A DNA stretch of 63,059 bases, the filler included, from Octopus bimaculoides (Eukaryota), in NCBI RefSeq assembly GCF_001194135.2. It is 4 parts of 4 records of this genome, joined end to end, with 100 filler letters (N's around TTAATTAATTAA, not from the genome) between each part and the next. Parts side by side here need not be neighbours in the genome. Positions count along the whole stretch, not along the records: positions 1 to 28,332 come from NC_068983.1; 3 more parts are not named here. One strand, given 5' to 3'. The notes beneath the pieces are model-generated. The model worked only from the letters and a program-made list of their open reading frames with translations. It was not told the DNA's origin and did no database searches. The translations under genes and the position numbers were made by a program. This document shows positions 1 through 12,964 of the stretch, one piece after another. Positions within the stretch are counted from its first letter, which is position 1. Every line of letters starts with the position of its first letter.

Positions 1-6
1 TATATA

Positions 7-42
<36 letters not shown>

Positions 43-725
43 TGTACGTACGTATTTATGTACGTATGTAATGATGAATTGGAATTCTTTATTGTAATTC
101 TGTCGAACAACGTTTCTTACATTTAAACACAGTCTTCGTTCATTTATATTTCGTTTTTGCAATATTTTCTTTTAATATCTGAGTCAACAACGATGGTGGC
201 ATCGGCAATGCTCAAGATGCCGCCGCTGCTGCTGCTGCTGGTAATGATGATGATGATGATAATGAGGATGATTCTCTTTCTCTTCTTCATCATCATAATC
301 ACCGTCGGCCTCATCGTCGTCGTCATTGTCATTGTCATCGTCATCATTTATGTATCCAACTGCTTGTATGTCTTTTCACTCTGTCAAACATTTATTTATA
401 TTCATACAATGACGGCTGCTGTTGAAAAGAGTTAATTTCAATGTTGATGTCACGGCTGTGTTGGATAGTCTCTGCTGAATGAAGCTGCACATAGAGAAAT
501 CAGTATTCCGTCTCAGTAGTTTGTATAATGGCCTCACCGTTCTGTAATTGTATCTTGGCTTTGAGTCGATGCTGAAGTGACGTTGATTGAGATTCTTAAT
601 CATTTGGATACTAAACAAACAATTTGCTTCTATATGTGAAAATGTTAAAAAACTGAAATCAAGCTACCTGTTGAGTTTCATTGCGTCGCCTCCCTCACTA
701 ACAGATTCAGAAGAACATTTACAGA

Positions 726-1138
726 CGTGGCTGTGTGGTAAGAAGCTTCCTTCCCAATCACATGATTCCGGGTTCAGTCGCACTGCGCAGCACCTTGGGC
801 AGGTGTCTTCTACTATAGCCTCAGGCTGACCAGAGCCTTGTGAGTGGATTTGGTTGACGAAAACTGAAAGAAGCCCGTCGTGTATATATACATACATATA
901 TATATATATGTGTGTATGTCTTTGCGTCTGTGTTTGCACGGCCCCATTACCGATTGGCAACCGGTGTTGGTGTGTTTACGTCGCTGTAACTTAGCGGTTC
1001 GAAGAAAAGTGTCCGATTGAATAAGTACCGGGCTTTATAAAAAAGAAATAGGTACTGGGGTCGATTCATTCGACTAAAAACCCTTCAAAGCGGTGCTCCA
1101 GCATGGCCGCAGTCAAATGACAGAAACAAGCAAAAGAC
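726..1138 (+). mobile_element. SINE family A (tRNA-like head, CORE-like domain, internal microsatellite, conserved tail)
   Basis: A-box-like GTGGCTGTGTGG, B-box-like GGGTTCAGTC and CORE-like CCTTGGGCAGGTGTCTTCTACT. Tail GGCGGTGCTCCAGCATGGCCGCAGTCAAATGAC; many copies in the window. Confidence 0.85.
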
Positions 1139-1697
1139 TATACATAAACATTTACGGTGGTGCTCCAGCATGACCGCAGCCGCTTGGCTGAAACGAATAA
1201 AAGAATACACACACACACAGACACACACACGCACAAAACACATGCACATGTACAAATAGTTTGGTGTACACAATCACATAGTCAGAAGAGCACACACACA
1301 CGGACGTTCACATTTATTCTCACAAATACACAATAAGATATTAGAGATTACTATTTTGTCATACACATGGATATGCATCATTGTGTACACGTATATCTAC
1401 ACGAGCAAATGTGGAGTTGTTGTAAGAAGTTTGCTTCCGCCATATGCATGGGCTTCCGTTTGCGCCTTCCGTGTGCGTGCAGGTTTGTGTGAGTGCATTT
1501 GCGTGTGCGTGCGTTTGCTTGTGCGTGCACGTATGTGTGTGTGTGTATGCGTATGCGTATGTGTGCATGCGTGTGTATGTGCGTGTGTGCGTGTATATGT
1601 ATGTGTGCGTGTATGTGTATGTATGCGTGCGTGTGTATGTGCGTGTGCGTGCGTGTGCAGTCGAGTTTGTGCGCGAGTGCGTGAGTTCGCGCAGGTT

Positions 1698-1743
<46 letters not shown>

Positions 1744-2774
1744 GTCTGTGTGTGTGTCTTTGTGTCTGTCTCACACTACCGCTTGAGAAACGGTATTGGT
1801 TCCCGTAACCTAGTGGTTCAGCATGACAGTCCGACAAAATAATTATCNNNNNNNNNNNNNNNNNNNNNNNNNNNNNNNNNNNNNNNNNNNNNNNNNNNNN
1901 NNNNNNNNNNNNNNNNNNNNNNNNNNNNNNNNNNNNNNNNNNNNNNNNNNNNNNNNNNNNNNNNNNNNNNNNNNNNNNNNNNNNNNNNNNNNNNNNNNNN
2001 NNNNNNNNNNNNNNNNNNNNNNNNNNNNNNNNNNNNNNNNNNNNNNNNNNNNNNNNNNNNNNNNNNNNNNNNNNNNNNNNNNNNNNNNNNNNNNNNNNNN
2101 NNNNNNNNNNNNNNNNNNNNNNNNNNNNNNNNNNNNNNNNNNNNNNNNNNNNNNNNNNNNNNNNNNNNNNNNNNNNNNNNNNNNNNNNNNNNNNNNNNNN
2201 NNNNNNNNNNNNNNNNNNNNNNNNNNNNNNNNNNNNNNNNNNNNNNNNNNNNNNNNNNNNNNNNNNNNNNNNNNNNNNNNNNNNNNNNNNNNNNNNNNNN
2301 NNNNNNNNNNNNNNNNNNNNNNNNNNNNNNNNNNNNNNNNNNNNNNNNNNNNNNNNNNNNNNNNNNNNNNNNNNNNNNNNNNNNNNNNNNNNNNNNNNNN
2401 NNNNNNNNNNNNNNNNNNNNNNNNNNNNNNNNNNNNNNNNNNNNNNNNNNNNNNNNNNNNNNNNNNNNNNNNNNNNNNNNNNNNNNNNNNNNNNNNNNNN
2501 NNNNNNNNNNNNNNNNNNNNNNNNNNNNNNNNNNNNNNNNNNNNNNNNNNNNNNNNNNNNNNNNNNNNNNNNNNNNNNNNNNNNNNNNNNNNNNNNNNNN
2601 NNNNNNNNNNNNNNNNNNNNNNNNNNNNNNNNNNNNNNNNNNNNNNNNNNNNNNNNNNNNNNNNNNNNNNNNNNNNNNNNNNNNNNNNNNNNNNNNNNNN
2701 NNNNNNNNNNNNNNNNNNNNNNNNNNNNNNNNNNNNNNNNNNNNNNNNNNNNNNNNNNNNNNNNNNNNNNNNNN

Positions 2775-2810
<36 letters not shown>

Positions 2811-3037
2811 AATATATATACAAGTGAGTGGATAAACGAAAGAAAGGCACTCAACAAATTTATTGGATCAAAATTGTTTTATCACATTCGTTTCAAAGAT
2901 GATGCTAATTTTCAGCCATTTCTGATTTGGAATACGCACAAATCTAAATCAAAATGTCGATCATTAGCTGAAACTGACATTATTTAATAATGTTAATATT
3001 TACTATTATTATATATATACACATACAAGAAGTTTAG

Positions 3038-3199
3038 AATAATTGTCATTACATATCTATCCTTTATTGGAGCAAATTTGGCTTCCAGCAGTCATTATAG
3101 GTACATCACTGATAAATAATGTACATATATAATGAGTACTGGAAACAGCTGTAAGTCAAATTTGCTCCAATAGAGGCAAAATATGTAATGACCATTATT
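3038..3199. repeat. Imperfect ~160-bp palindrome, MITE-like
   Basis: aataattgtcattacatat...attggagcaaatttgg pairs with tcaaatttgctccaat...atatgtaatgaccattatt. Confidence 0.7.
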
Positions 3200-3413
3200 T
3201 TTAACATATTTTTTATATATCACTCTGTGTAAAAACCAGTTTGCCTGATGCCTATTTACGGACTTACAATAGAGAATTGTGATGAACCGTAACCTACCAC
3301 AAGACTACCGGGAGTTCATCACTAATTTTAGCCTGGTGTGCCAACAGAAGACTTATGAAGTATTTTTCACGGATTGATTATCGTTCACACTTCCTCCCCT
3401 CTCTCTCTCTCTG

Positions 3414-3439
<26 letters not shown>

Positions 3440-3444
<5 letters not shown>

Positions 3445-3720
3445 AATCTAAAATTAAAAACGAAGAAAAGACACAAGAAAAAACAACAACGCGAGTACGT
3501 GGTACATGCAAAGTATTAAAATACGCTCAGGGAAGGAGAGAATGCGTGTTTTACGTTTCGTGCAAAACTCTTCTTCAGAAACAGGAGTCATAGGAAAGTC
3601 CAAGAGAAAAGGAAGATGGAGGAAAGAAATCGCCAACAATCCACATATAGTTACATATACATATCAAACCAGGAAGTTTGAAAAGCATTTTGGCATTTAT
3701 TCATCACTACGTGTCTCATT
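3440..3720 (-). mobile_element. Penelope-like 3'/pseudo-LTR remnant containing a hammerhead motif
   Basis: Pyrimidine-rich minus strand surrounding the hammerhead at 3547-3583; no ORF remains. Confidence 0.5.
3547..3583 (-). ncRNA. Minimal type I hammerhead ribozyme motif
   Basis: Minus strand: TGTTT CTGAAGA AGAG-TTTTG-CAC GAA ACGT A AAACA. 5-bp helix I, palindromic helix III, one mismatch in helix II. Confidence 0.65.
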
Positions 3721-3860
3721 TGCTAATACAAATTAGAAAGTTGTACATGATGGATAAACATGTCAGAAATCACCTATTTGAAACTATTCACACAGAATTA
3801 AATAATACTATTATTGCTTCTTTGAAGAATTTGTGATAGTTAAATATAAATAAATGCAAG

Positions 3861-4181
3861 TCAATATTTGAAGGTAGTTGATACATTTAATACAAAAAGG
3901 TATTTAATACGCCGCCGTTCGACTTGACCCTTTATAAGGAAAGTAATGATATCATACCTGTTTCTGTTACATCCTCTTGTAATGGTATTGAGGATTACTG
4001 CGATATAATCTTCAATGTCGTTACTGTAACACCAGGATAGACTTAGCAGCCTTAAAGCCCTGGGCAAATCAATACACATAGCTGTACAATAACTATATAT
4101 TGACGAAAGCCGCAGCACATATACGTTATAGTTGGACCCGTAGAACCTTGAGACCCCTGGGAAACTACCCGGTGTGCTCAT
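3861..4181 (-). mobile_element. Possible degenerate non-LTR reverse-transcriptase fragment
   Basis: CIDLPRAL followed by IEDYIAVILN...FLIKGQV loosely resembles the RT motifs FIDxxKAFD...GVxQG. Confidence 0.3.
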
Positions 4182-4811
4182 GCATGAAGACAGCTCTGAG
4201 TAATATTTAAATCAACATACATTATCATTACTCCATCGGTGATATTCATAGTAACACCCTGTGTTTCGTGCTGTTTATGTGACCCTTTAGATTACACTGT
4301 GTAACAAAATCTGTTTTTTTTTCTTTTGTCTTTGGTCAGTAAGTGTTATTTCCTATTTGCTTCTATCAAGAAATGAAAGGAAATGACTACTATTCCCTTC
4401 AGTCTTTGCTTTTGTGACCTGGACATCAATGTTTTGAAAAAGATCTCCTTTCCATTACATTTCAGACAAATTCAGTGCTGATTTGCCGAAGCAGAAATAT
4501 CATTATAACAAATATTCTGCTCAATACCACAGACTTGCTTGTCAGTTGCTTGACCTTAACCATTTGAACATGTCCATGTGTTGAGAGCGATTTTTTGGGA
4601 CTGGAATAAATGTAGCAAAAGTAAAGTTTGAAAGAAATATTAGTAATTTTTCATACTTTCTTGGGGTAAGCAACTAGGAAATATCAGTTGCTACACAAGG
4701 ACAAGAATCGTGTTACACAGTGTTACATATGGTGACACTAAACATTATATATATCTATATATATATATATTATATCAATCACATCGAAATCAACAGACAC
4801 CATATTATATA

Positions 4812-5075
4812 GATGCGAAGGCGCATGGCCTCGTGGTTAGAGTGTTGAACTCATGACCGCAATATCGTGGTTTCGATTCCAAAGACCGGCGGTGCGTTAT
4901 TCTGTTGTGCCGACTCATTTCACATTGCTCCAGTCCGATCAGCTGTAAATGGGTAACTCTGCGATGAACTGGCGCTCCGTTCAAGGAGAAATGTTGGCTT
5001 ACCCACTTAATCAGCGTCGTTGAATCATTCGGAAGTTACAACAATGCGAGGAAGTGCATGGTGGCCAGTGGTGTA
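4812..5075 (+). mobile_element. SINE family C (tRNA head plus V/Ceph-like domain)
   Basis: GCATGGCCTCGTGGTTAGAG...GGTTTCGATTCC head, then CACATTGCTCCAGTCCGATCAGCTGTAAATGGGTA. Related copies at 9655-9890(-), 16110-16400(-) and 26560-26720(-). Confidence 0.75.
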
Positions 5076-5466
5076 TAGCGAAATTCGATAATGTTACCCT
5101 TTACCAAAACAGATGATCATTATTACTTCGATATTAATGCGCTGTATATCATACTATTAGTCTGAAAACGTACATCAATCAACATACATTATCATTATTA
5201 TGATAGATCAGGCATACTGACATTAACAAACATTATGTTATATAGATAATGTAACTCTTTACATAAACAAACATTATCATTATTACTTTGACATTAACGC
5301 ACTGCTTATCATACTTTTGATATGGCACTATACATCAATCAACATAATATAGTACTATTACATTTCATTAGTCCCATTGACATACTACATCATACCATGA
5401 ACGTAAAGTTTTATATCAATATTCAGTACATATATCGTCGCTTTACATTAATTACATTGGACATTA

Positions 5467-5499
<33 letters not shown>

Positions 5500-6334
5500 N
5501 NNNNNNNNNNNNNNNNNNNNNNNNNNNNNNNNNNNNNNNNNNNNNNNNNNNNNNNNNNNNNNNNNNNNNNNNNNNNNNNNNNNNNNNNNNNNNNNNNNNN
5601 NNNNNNNNNNNNNNNNNNNNNNNNNNNNNNNNNNNNNNNNNNNNNNNNNNNNNNNNNNNNNNNNNNNNNNNNNNNNNNNNNNNNNNNNNNNNNNNNNNNN
5701 NNNNNNNNNNNNNNNNNNNNNNNNNNNNNNNNNNNNNNNNNNNNNNNNNNNNNNNNNNNNNNNNNNNNNNNNNNNNNNNNNNNNNNNNNNNNNNNNNNNN
5801 NNNNNNNNNNNNNNNNNNNNNNNNNNNNNNNNNNNNNNNNNNNNNNNNNNNNNNNNNNNNNNNNNNNNNNNNNNNNNNNNNNNNNNNNNNNNNNNNNNNN
5901 NNNNNNNNNNNNNNNNNNNNNNNNNNNNNNNNNNNNNNNNNNNNNNNNNNNNNNNNNNNNNNNNNNNNNNNNNNNNNNNNNNNNNNNNNNNNNNNNNNNN
6001 NNNNNNNNNNNNNNNNNNNNNNNNNNNNNNNNNNNNNNNNNNNNNNNNNNNNNNNNNNNNNNNNNNNNNNNNNNNNNNNNNNNNNNNNNNNNNNNNNNNN
6101 NNNNNNNNNNNNNNNNNNNNNNNNNNNNNNNNNNNNNNNNNNNNNNNNNNNNNNNNNNNNNNNNNNNNNNNNNNNNNNNNNNNNNNNNNNNNNNNNNNNN
6201 NNNNNNNNNNNNNNNNNNNNNNNNNNNNNNNNNNNNNNNNNNNNNNNNNNNNNNNNNNNNNNNNNNNNNNNNNNNNNNNNNNNNNNNNNNNNNNNNNNNN
6301 NNNNNNNNNNNNNNNNNNNNNNNNNNNNNNNNNN

Positions 6335-6379
<45 letters not shown>

Positions 6380-6689
6380 CTGCTAATACGACACTACGCA
6401 TAAACGTTATCAATAATACACTTCGTTAATCACATTAATATTAACAAATGCTAAGACATAATGCTCATGTAACTCTTCACAGAAACATACATTATAATTA
6501 CTACATTAAATTCGTTATATTGTTAATGTAACACTGTACTTCAACATATATTATCATTATTATTCCAATCACATTGACATTTTATTACATTATATCATTC
6601 CACTATTACGTTTTTTTCATCAACATGCAGTACCATGAGTTAATCAAGAACATTGAAATACTATTACAATGACATTACCCATCGACATA

Positions 6690-6735
<46 letters not shown>

Positions 6736-8390
6736 GTTGTTGTTGTTGTTAGTATTCAGTAGTCTTATTTTAATCACGTGCTTTCACATCACTACCGAGC
6801 GCAGCTTTTGTGCCTTGGGTATGTGCTGTGGTTTGTTGTCATGCTTTTATTTTTACTGTATTGAAAGTGTTTGACGTAGGATGTGTACGGTGTCTAGTAG
6901 TGCTATTTTCTGTACGTTATATATACTTGTAAGTCCTGGTACTTTTTTTATGTATTTGTCTGAATGTTTTTTTTATATCATACATAATGCACCCACTATG
7001 ATAACAATTGTCTCCGTTTTTAGGCTCAACATTCGAGTTACCTCTAGTTCCAGATCTTTGTATTTTGAAAGTTTCTCCGTTTCTTTTAAAGAAACATTGT
7101 CATCTGTTGGTATTGATACATCGATTAGGAACCCTTTTTTTTCTTGATGATCTCTGACAACTATATCCGGCCCATTGGCCTTAATTTTTCTATCTGTATG
7201 TATTGGCATATCTCAGAGTATGGTTGCTTTCTCGTTTTCTGTGACCTTTTCTGGCGTGTGCCTATACCATCATTTTTCTGTTGTTATTATATAGTGTTGG
7301 CATAGCTTCCAGTGTATATAGGTTCCAACTCTGTCGTGTCTCTGAATATATTCCTTTTTTAGCCAGGACTGGGCAGCCAGAGACAATATAATTTATTGTT
7401 TCTTCTGTATCCACACATATTCTGCAGTTACTTGAATTTCATTTCATTACATACTTTTGATGATTTCTGGTGGAAAGGCTTTGATCTTGTGCTGCAATTA
7501 AAAAACCTTCAGTCTCTGCTTTGAGTCCTGAGCTTCTTAGCCATTGTTGGGGTTTTGCATTGTCTGTTTCTTTTCTGTTTAGCTTAACCCAATATTTGCC
7601 ATTTGCCATGAAGGAGCTTTTCTTGCCATCATTTTATCATGATCCGTTGCTGTTCCAGTTTTAGTTTGGATTTCACTTATTTTACAGCTTCTGTTGTTTC
7701 TTCTCTTTCTTCATAGTTGTTAGGTACTATGAATTCTTTTTTGTATTTGTCAGCTTTCATGAAGACTGAAAACAATTTGTTTTTGTTTTCTTCGTGTTTT
7801 CTGGCCATTTATATTCGTTTTCCCTGCTTCTGAAGTAGGTATTTCTGTAGTCCTATTGTGGTTATTTGTAAAAGTTTTCTAGCTGTATAACGCATCTACC
7901 ACCTTCGATATGTTTTATACATAAAGCCTTTCTATATCAGATTTTGTGTGGTGCATCCTAAATCCTGTCATTATTTTCTTTTTTTTTCTTGTCTATTTTG
8001 ATTTGTTCATTTAGAGTACAGTTAAAAATATTGTAGCTATAACTTATAACTGGGACGGCTAGAGTAATGATATATATTATCTTGTTTTTCACATTGAGTT
8101 CTGTTTTCAGTATTAATCTAACTCGTCTATAGTATTCTTTTTTATCTTCTCTCTCATCTGTGTGTGCTGTATCGTATCTAGTTCATTGAATCCTAAGCAT
8201 TTGTATGTCTAGCTTTGGTCTAATTCTCTTATTTCATTTGTTTTATCTAGTGTGATGTTGCTACACTTAGCTAGTTTTCCTCTTTTCAGTGCTGCTTTGG
8301 CACATTTTTATGAGCCAAATTTCATGTTTATTTCTTTGGTAAATCCATATACTGTCTGTAGTAATGTTTCCAGCTGTTTATTATTTGTAA
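6690..8390 (-). mobile_element. R4/Dong-like non-LTR retrotransposon, 3' part (RT thumb, zinc knuckle, restriction-like endonuclease), degenerate
   Basis: Minus-strand peptides KEINMKFG..KCAK, KEYYRRVRLILKTELN, ERLYV..GGR, CRICG and TDRKIKANGPDIVV...LIDVSIP..EKLSKYKDLELE. The 3' end runs into (AAT)n. Confidence 0.85.
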
Positions 8391-8394
8391 CCAC

Positions 8395-8912
8395 CCGTCC
8401 GATAAGGGTACACCAGGTACATGCATCACGACCATATGTGCGCGACATGGTGAGCTCATATCAAGATAAACGGCGTATGACCTTGCAGGTGGGGCCCAGT
8501 TAGAATTTTCTTTGGGTTGAGTTGCCCATCCCGCACAAAAGGTCCCTGAATAAGGGTTGTTTAAGGATGTTGAATGAAACACCCATATTTCAAGAGGTGA
8601 ATTATCCAAACTCCAAAGAATTCCTCTCAACACATGGCTATGATTCTCCCCCACTACTTCTGCTCCTGATCATAGATGCACATCAGCCATAGATTCACAT
8701 CAGCCATAGATGCACATAGATGCACATCAGCCACTAAGGGATATGCTCAATTGGTTAAGGTCAAACAATTGACAAGCAAATCTGTGGTATGGAGCAGAAT
8801 ATTTGCTGTAGTCCATCTTTCATACCAAGACAAAACAATGTACATGATAACACTTCCAATCAGTAAAGACCAGAAGCTATAAGAGCCACTATCTATCTGG
8901 TACTGCACCGGG
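8395..8912. mobile_element. Unclassified interspersed repeat; partial opposite-strand copy at ~4505-4585
   Basis: Shared segment CAAATATTCTGCTC(A/C)ATACCACAGA(C/T)TTGCTTGTCA occurs at both places in opposite orientation. Confidence 0.55.
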
Positions 8913-8915
8913 GCA

Positions 8916-8972
<57 letters not shown>

Positions 8973-8974
8973 AA

Positions 8975-9173
8975 GTCGGCAAACCGGTAGGACGCCAGCA
9001 AAAAGCTTAGCATTTCATTCGTCTTTACATTCTCAGTTCAAATTCCGCCGAGGTTGACTTTGCCTTTCATCCTTTTGGGATAGATAAATTAAGTACCAGT
9101 GAAACACTCGGGTCGATGTAATCGTCTCATCCCGTCCCCACAAATTTCAAACCTTGTGTCTATAGTAGAAATG

Positions 9174-9226
<53 letters not shown>

Positions 9227-9445
9227 CATTAAGGCGGCGAGCTGGCAGAATCGTTATCCCGCCGGGTAAAATGCTTAGCAGTATTTCGTCCGTCTTTAGG
9301 TTCTGAATTCATATTCCGCCGAGGTTGACTTTGCGTTTCATCTCTACGAAGTCGATCAAATATGTACCAGTTGAGCACTGGGGTCAATGTAATCGACTTA
9401 CAGCCACCCCCGAAATTACTAGCCTTGCGCCAAAATTTGAAACCA
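8975..9445 (+). mobile_element. Two tandem SINE family B copies embedded in (ATT)n
   Basis: Head GGCGGCGAGCTGGCAGAATCGTT...GAGTTCAAATTCCGCCGAGG and core GCCTTTCATCCTTTCGGGGTCGATAAATTAAGTACCAG. Other copies near 10515, 16915, 25030(-), 28750, 30195, 33400(-), 35480(-), 36570, 36790, 36960(-), 42420 and 54065. Confidence 0.85.
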
Positions 9446-10697
9446 TTATTATTGTTACTATTACTATTATTGTTGATTATGTTGTTGTACAGAATGCTTA
9501 GTGGAATTTCTTAAAACTCTTTCCGGTGCTTAAATCTCGCCGAGGTCAGCTTTGCTTTTATACCTAAAATCAACTACCCCTACTCCTAAATTTCATGGTC
9601 CTGCATCAAGATATGAAAATGATAAGAATTATAATCTTATCAGCCACATTGACATGAAACTGGCACTCTGGTTACGACGGCAAACGTTCCAATTGATCCG
9701 ATCAACGTAACAACCTGCTCGTGAAATTAACTTGCAAGTGGCTGAGCATTTCACAGACAGGCGTACCCTTAATGTAGTTTCCAAGGAGATTCAGTGTGAG
9801 AAAGCTGGCCCTTTGAAATAAAAGTACCACTCATTTTTGCCAGCTGAGTCGGCTGGAGTGCCATGAAATAAAGTGTCTTGCTCAAACAACCACTTAGCCT
9901 TGCGTCTTTACAACACATTGTCGTTAAGATTTTCTATACCATAGTATCACTGAGCCACTAGACATCATACAATATTGTTATGACATTAATCTCGTTGAGA
10001 TTTACATATTTTGCATAGCGTTATTACTATAATAATGACAAATTTGCCGATCTTTTTGTGAGCTTCTAAAATCCGCCAGCAGATGTCCTGTTTCATCTTT
10101 CTACCACTTCGACCCATATTGGAACTGTTTCTGATTCTCTGAATTAGTTAATTACATGCAGCCTACCGAAACCAGTCCCAAGCTCACAGTTCTTCTCTTT
10201 ACTGCCTCCTCTCCGTAAAATAGTAGTAATTTTTTTGCGCGGCACTTCCTGCCCCGAAACGTGGTGTAGGAAGGACAGAGCAAAAAATGAGAATGTGGCC
10301 AAGTGAGTACTTCATCTGACCACGCTTTTTCTAACAGATATCAATCTACCTACAAAAGTTCGATATTAGCATCGATCTTTAATAATCTCCTTTGAACTAT
10401 ATTAAACTCTCTTGGCAGGGAAAGCCCACAAACATTCATCGTTAGAGTTAAGGTTGTCAAAACTGTAGTTAGTTAGTGTCAGTGAAACTGGATTCTTATT
10501 ATTTATGACACTCAAGGCAGCAGCTGATAGAATTGTTAGTAGACCGGCGAAAGAGTATTTCGTCTGTTTTTATGTAATGAGTTTAAATTCCGCCGAGATC
10601 GACTTCACCTTTCATCCTTTCGGGGTCAGTAAAATAAGTACCAGCCCAGCACTGGGGTTGGTGTAACCGACTTCGGCACCCTGCAAAAATTGTTGGC

Positions 10698-11246
10698 TTT
10701 GTGCCACAATAAGAAAGGATTATATAAGACACTAGAGTTTCTCAACTGTCATGTTATGGGTAATATTGGTGGTACATTTTATCATTCTGATTAAAAGTAG
10801 GTATTATTAAAAAATTACAATAGTTATTTTCCTTTGTTAGAAAAATTTCATGGCGCTTATACAAAATAAAGAAATGAATACTAATGATCAAAGTAAAACT
10901 ATTTATTTAAATTAAAATTAAAACAAATTTGTTAGTTGTATATTTGCAACAAATATATTATCAATAACAATAATATTGTTAAATTATCAAATAATGATAA
11001 AATAAAACATTATGTGTTTGCTTTAATTTTAATTTAAATAAATAGTTTTACTTTGATCATTAGTATTCATTTCTTTATTTTGTATAAGCGCCATGAAATT
11101 TTTCTAACAAAGGAAAATAACTATTGTAATTTTTTAATAATACCTACTTTTAATCAGAATGATAAAATGTACCACCAATATTACCCATAACATGACAGTT
11201 GAGAAACTCTAGTGTCTTATATAATCCTTTCTTATTGTGGCACAAA
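10698..11246. repeat. Perfect inverted repeat, 225-bp arms (10698-10922 / 11022-11246), 99-bp spacer
   Basis: Arms reverse-complemented line by line; no mismatch found. Confidence 0.95.
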
Positions 11247-12903
11247 CTTAAGAGGGAAAAAGTATACCACCAACATTACTTGCCATTAAGCTTCAAGTAA
11301 ATATAGAGTAGCCAAGCGAAATAATTGCAGTAAGATCAGATTTATTTCGCTTTGGGGGACTGACAAACAGAGAAAAGTAGAGAAACACTGGCAATTATTT
11401 TAATAGATTCCAAATCAGACAAGTCTTAAAGGATGGCTCTTTCAAAATTTTCAAAGATTCTGTTTCTGGAATAGAGTGCAGGAATACGTTATTAGCGTGT
11501 TAACCAATGCTTATTTCTACAGGAGGGTCGATGCATCACTGTAAAATAACTAAACATTCACTTTTGTTCCTTGTGTAACCGTTGGCCCATTCCCTTTTAC
11601 AGTGTATTATCTAGTTGTGTCGAATGGACTTGAAATTCATATTGCTTTACTATGGACATATTTCGGAAATGGTAAACGGGACACGAACCCACTAACCTCA
11701 CCCTTCGTTTGATCCTCAGCTATTCTAACGATTCGATTATTCGCAGTTCTCTTTTAATGGAGCAACGTATTATTTCTGTAAAAACACTTCGGAGTGTGTT
11801 TTAACGAGTAAGATTCTGTTCTGTCATACAAGACCGAACGTCATAAAGAGAATATTTCATGTCGTCACAGTAAACAAATGATATGACAATCCCATCTTAA
11901 CACACTACATGATTGCCATATTGAAATACACCACACGACCTTATATTTTGTATATATTAGAACAGCGCGTGGATTACAAGTTAGCAAAATAAAACATTAT
12001 GAAAACAACACAACGTTTAGTTCGGCCCCACACAACGCCATTATCTCGAAAACGACGTTATTCTCTAATACTGTCGACTGGAGATCAATCCTTTCCACAT
12101 TCATTCCCTTCGTTCCCCACACTCATTTCATAGCATTCTTATTCCAGCTGTTGTTCTTCATTGTACTTATCGCCACTTCTTTATTTCTTGTTTCGCGCCG
12201 AGCTTTGCTGAAGCTGCGCTAAACAAAAGCAAGAGAGATTACAAAAAAATAAACATCGACGAATGGTTAATTAGAAAACGTCATTTTCTCTGAATAATAT
12301 CTCCGAAGTCATTTGACATTTCGCTTTAATTTCTGCTGTCTATTTAAAAAGGCAGCACGTACTTGTGTTATGATTGTGTAGTTATCTTACTGATCGTATG
12401 TTTGATTACGCATTTATGTATCTAAGTATGTATGTATGTATGTATGTATGTGTGTGTATGTATGTATGTATGTGTGTGTATGTATTTGTTTGTTTATATG
12501 TATATGTATTTATGCATGCATATACATACGTATTTATGTGCATACGTGCATATTCATGTATGTATATATGTGTCCATAGAAAGATGGTTTTGTTAACATA
12601 TGTGTGCAATATGTGTGTGTATGTGTGCGTATGCGTATGCGTGTGTTTAATGTGCGTATGATTGTGTACGATTCTTTGAGCGTGTAGAAAGGGCGAGGTT
12701 GGGTAGAAAGACCCCCCACCAACATACAGCGTTGGACGGCAAGCCAACACTCAAGCACAGCTATCTACAGCAACAATAAAGATGACAACACCAGACGATA
12801 ACGGCTATATGTATGTGGGGGTATTTGGTGTACGGTGGGGGAGCGATAAGAGAATAAGGTGGAGAAATATAAAAGGAAAGAAAAGTGAAAGGTGAAGAAG
12901 GAC

Positions 12904-12964
<61 letters not shown>

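Noticed and set aside
11747-11807. Plus-strand exon candidate FSFNGATYYFCKNTSECVLT (nuclear-receptor D-box-like Cx5C)
   Set aside because: Weak acceptor, no flanking zinc-finger residues and no partner exons.
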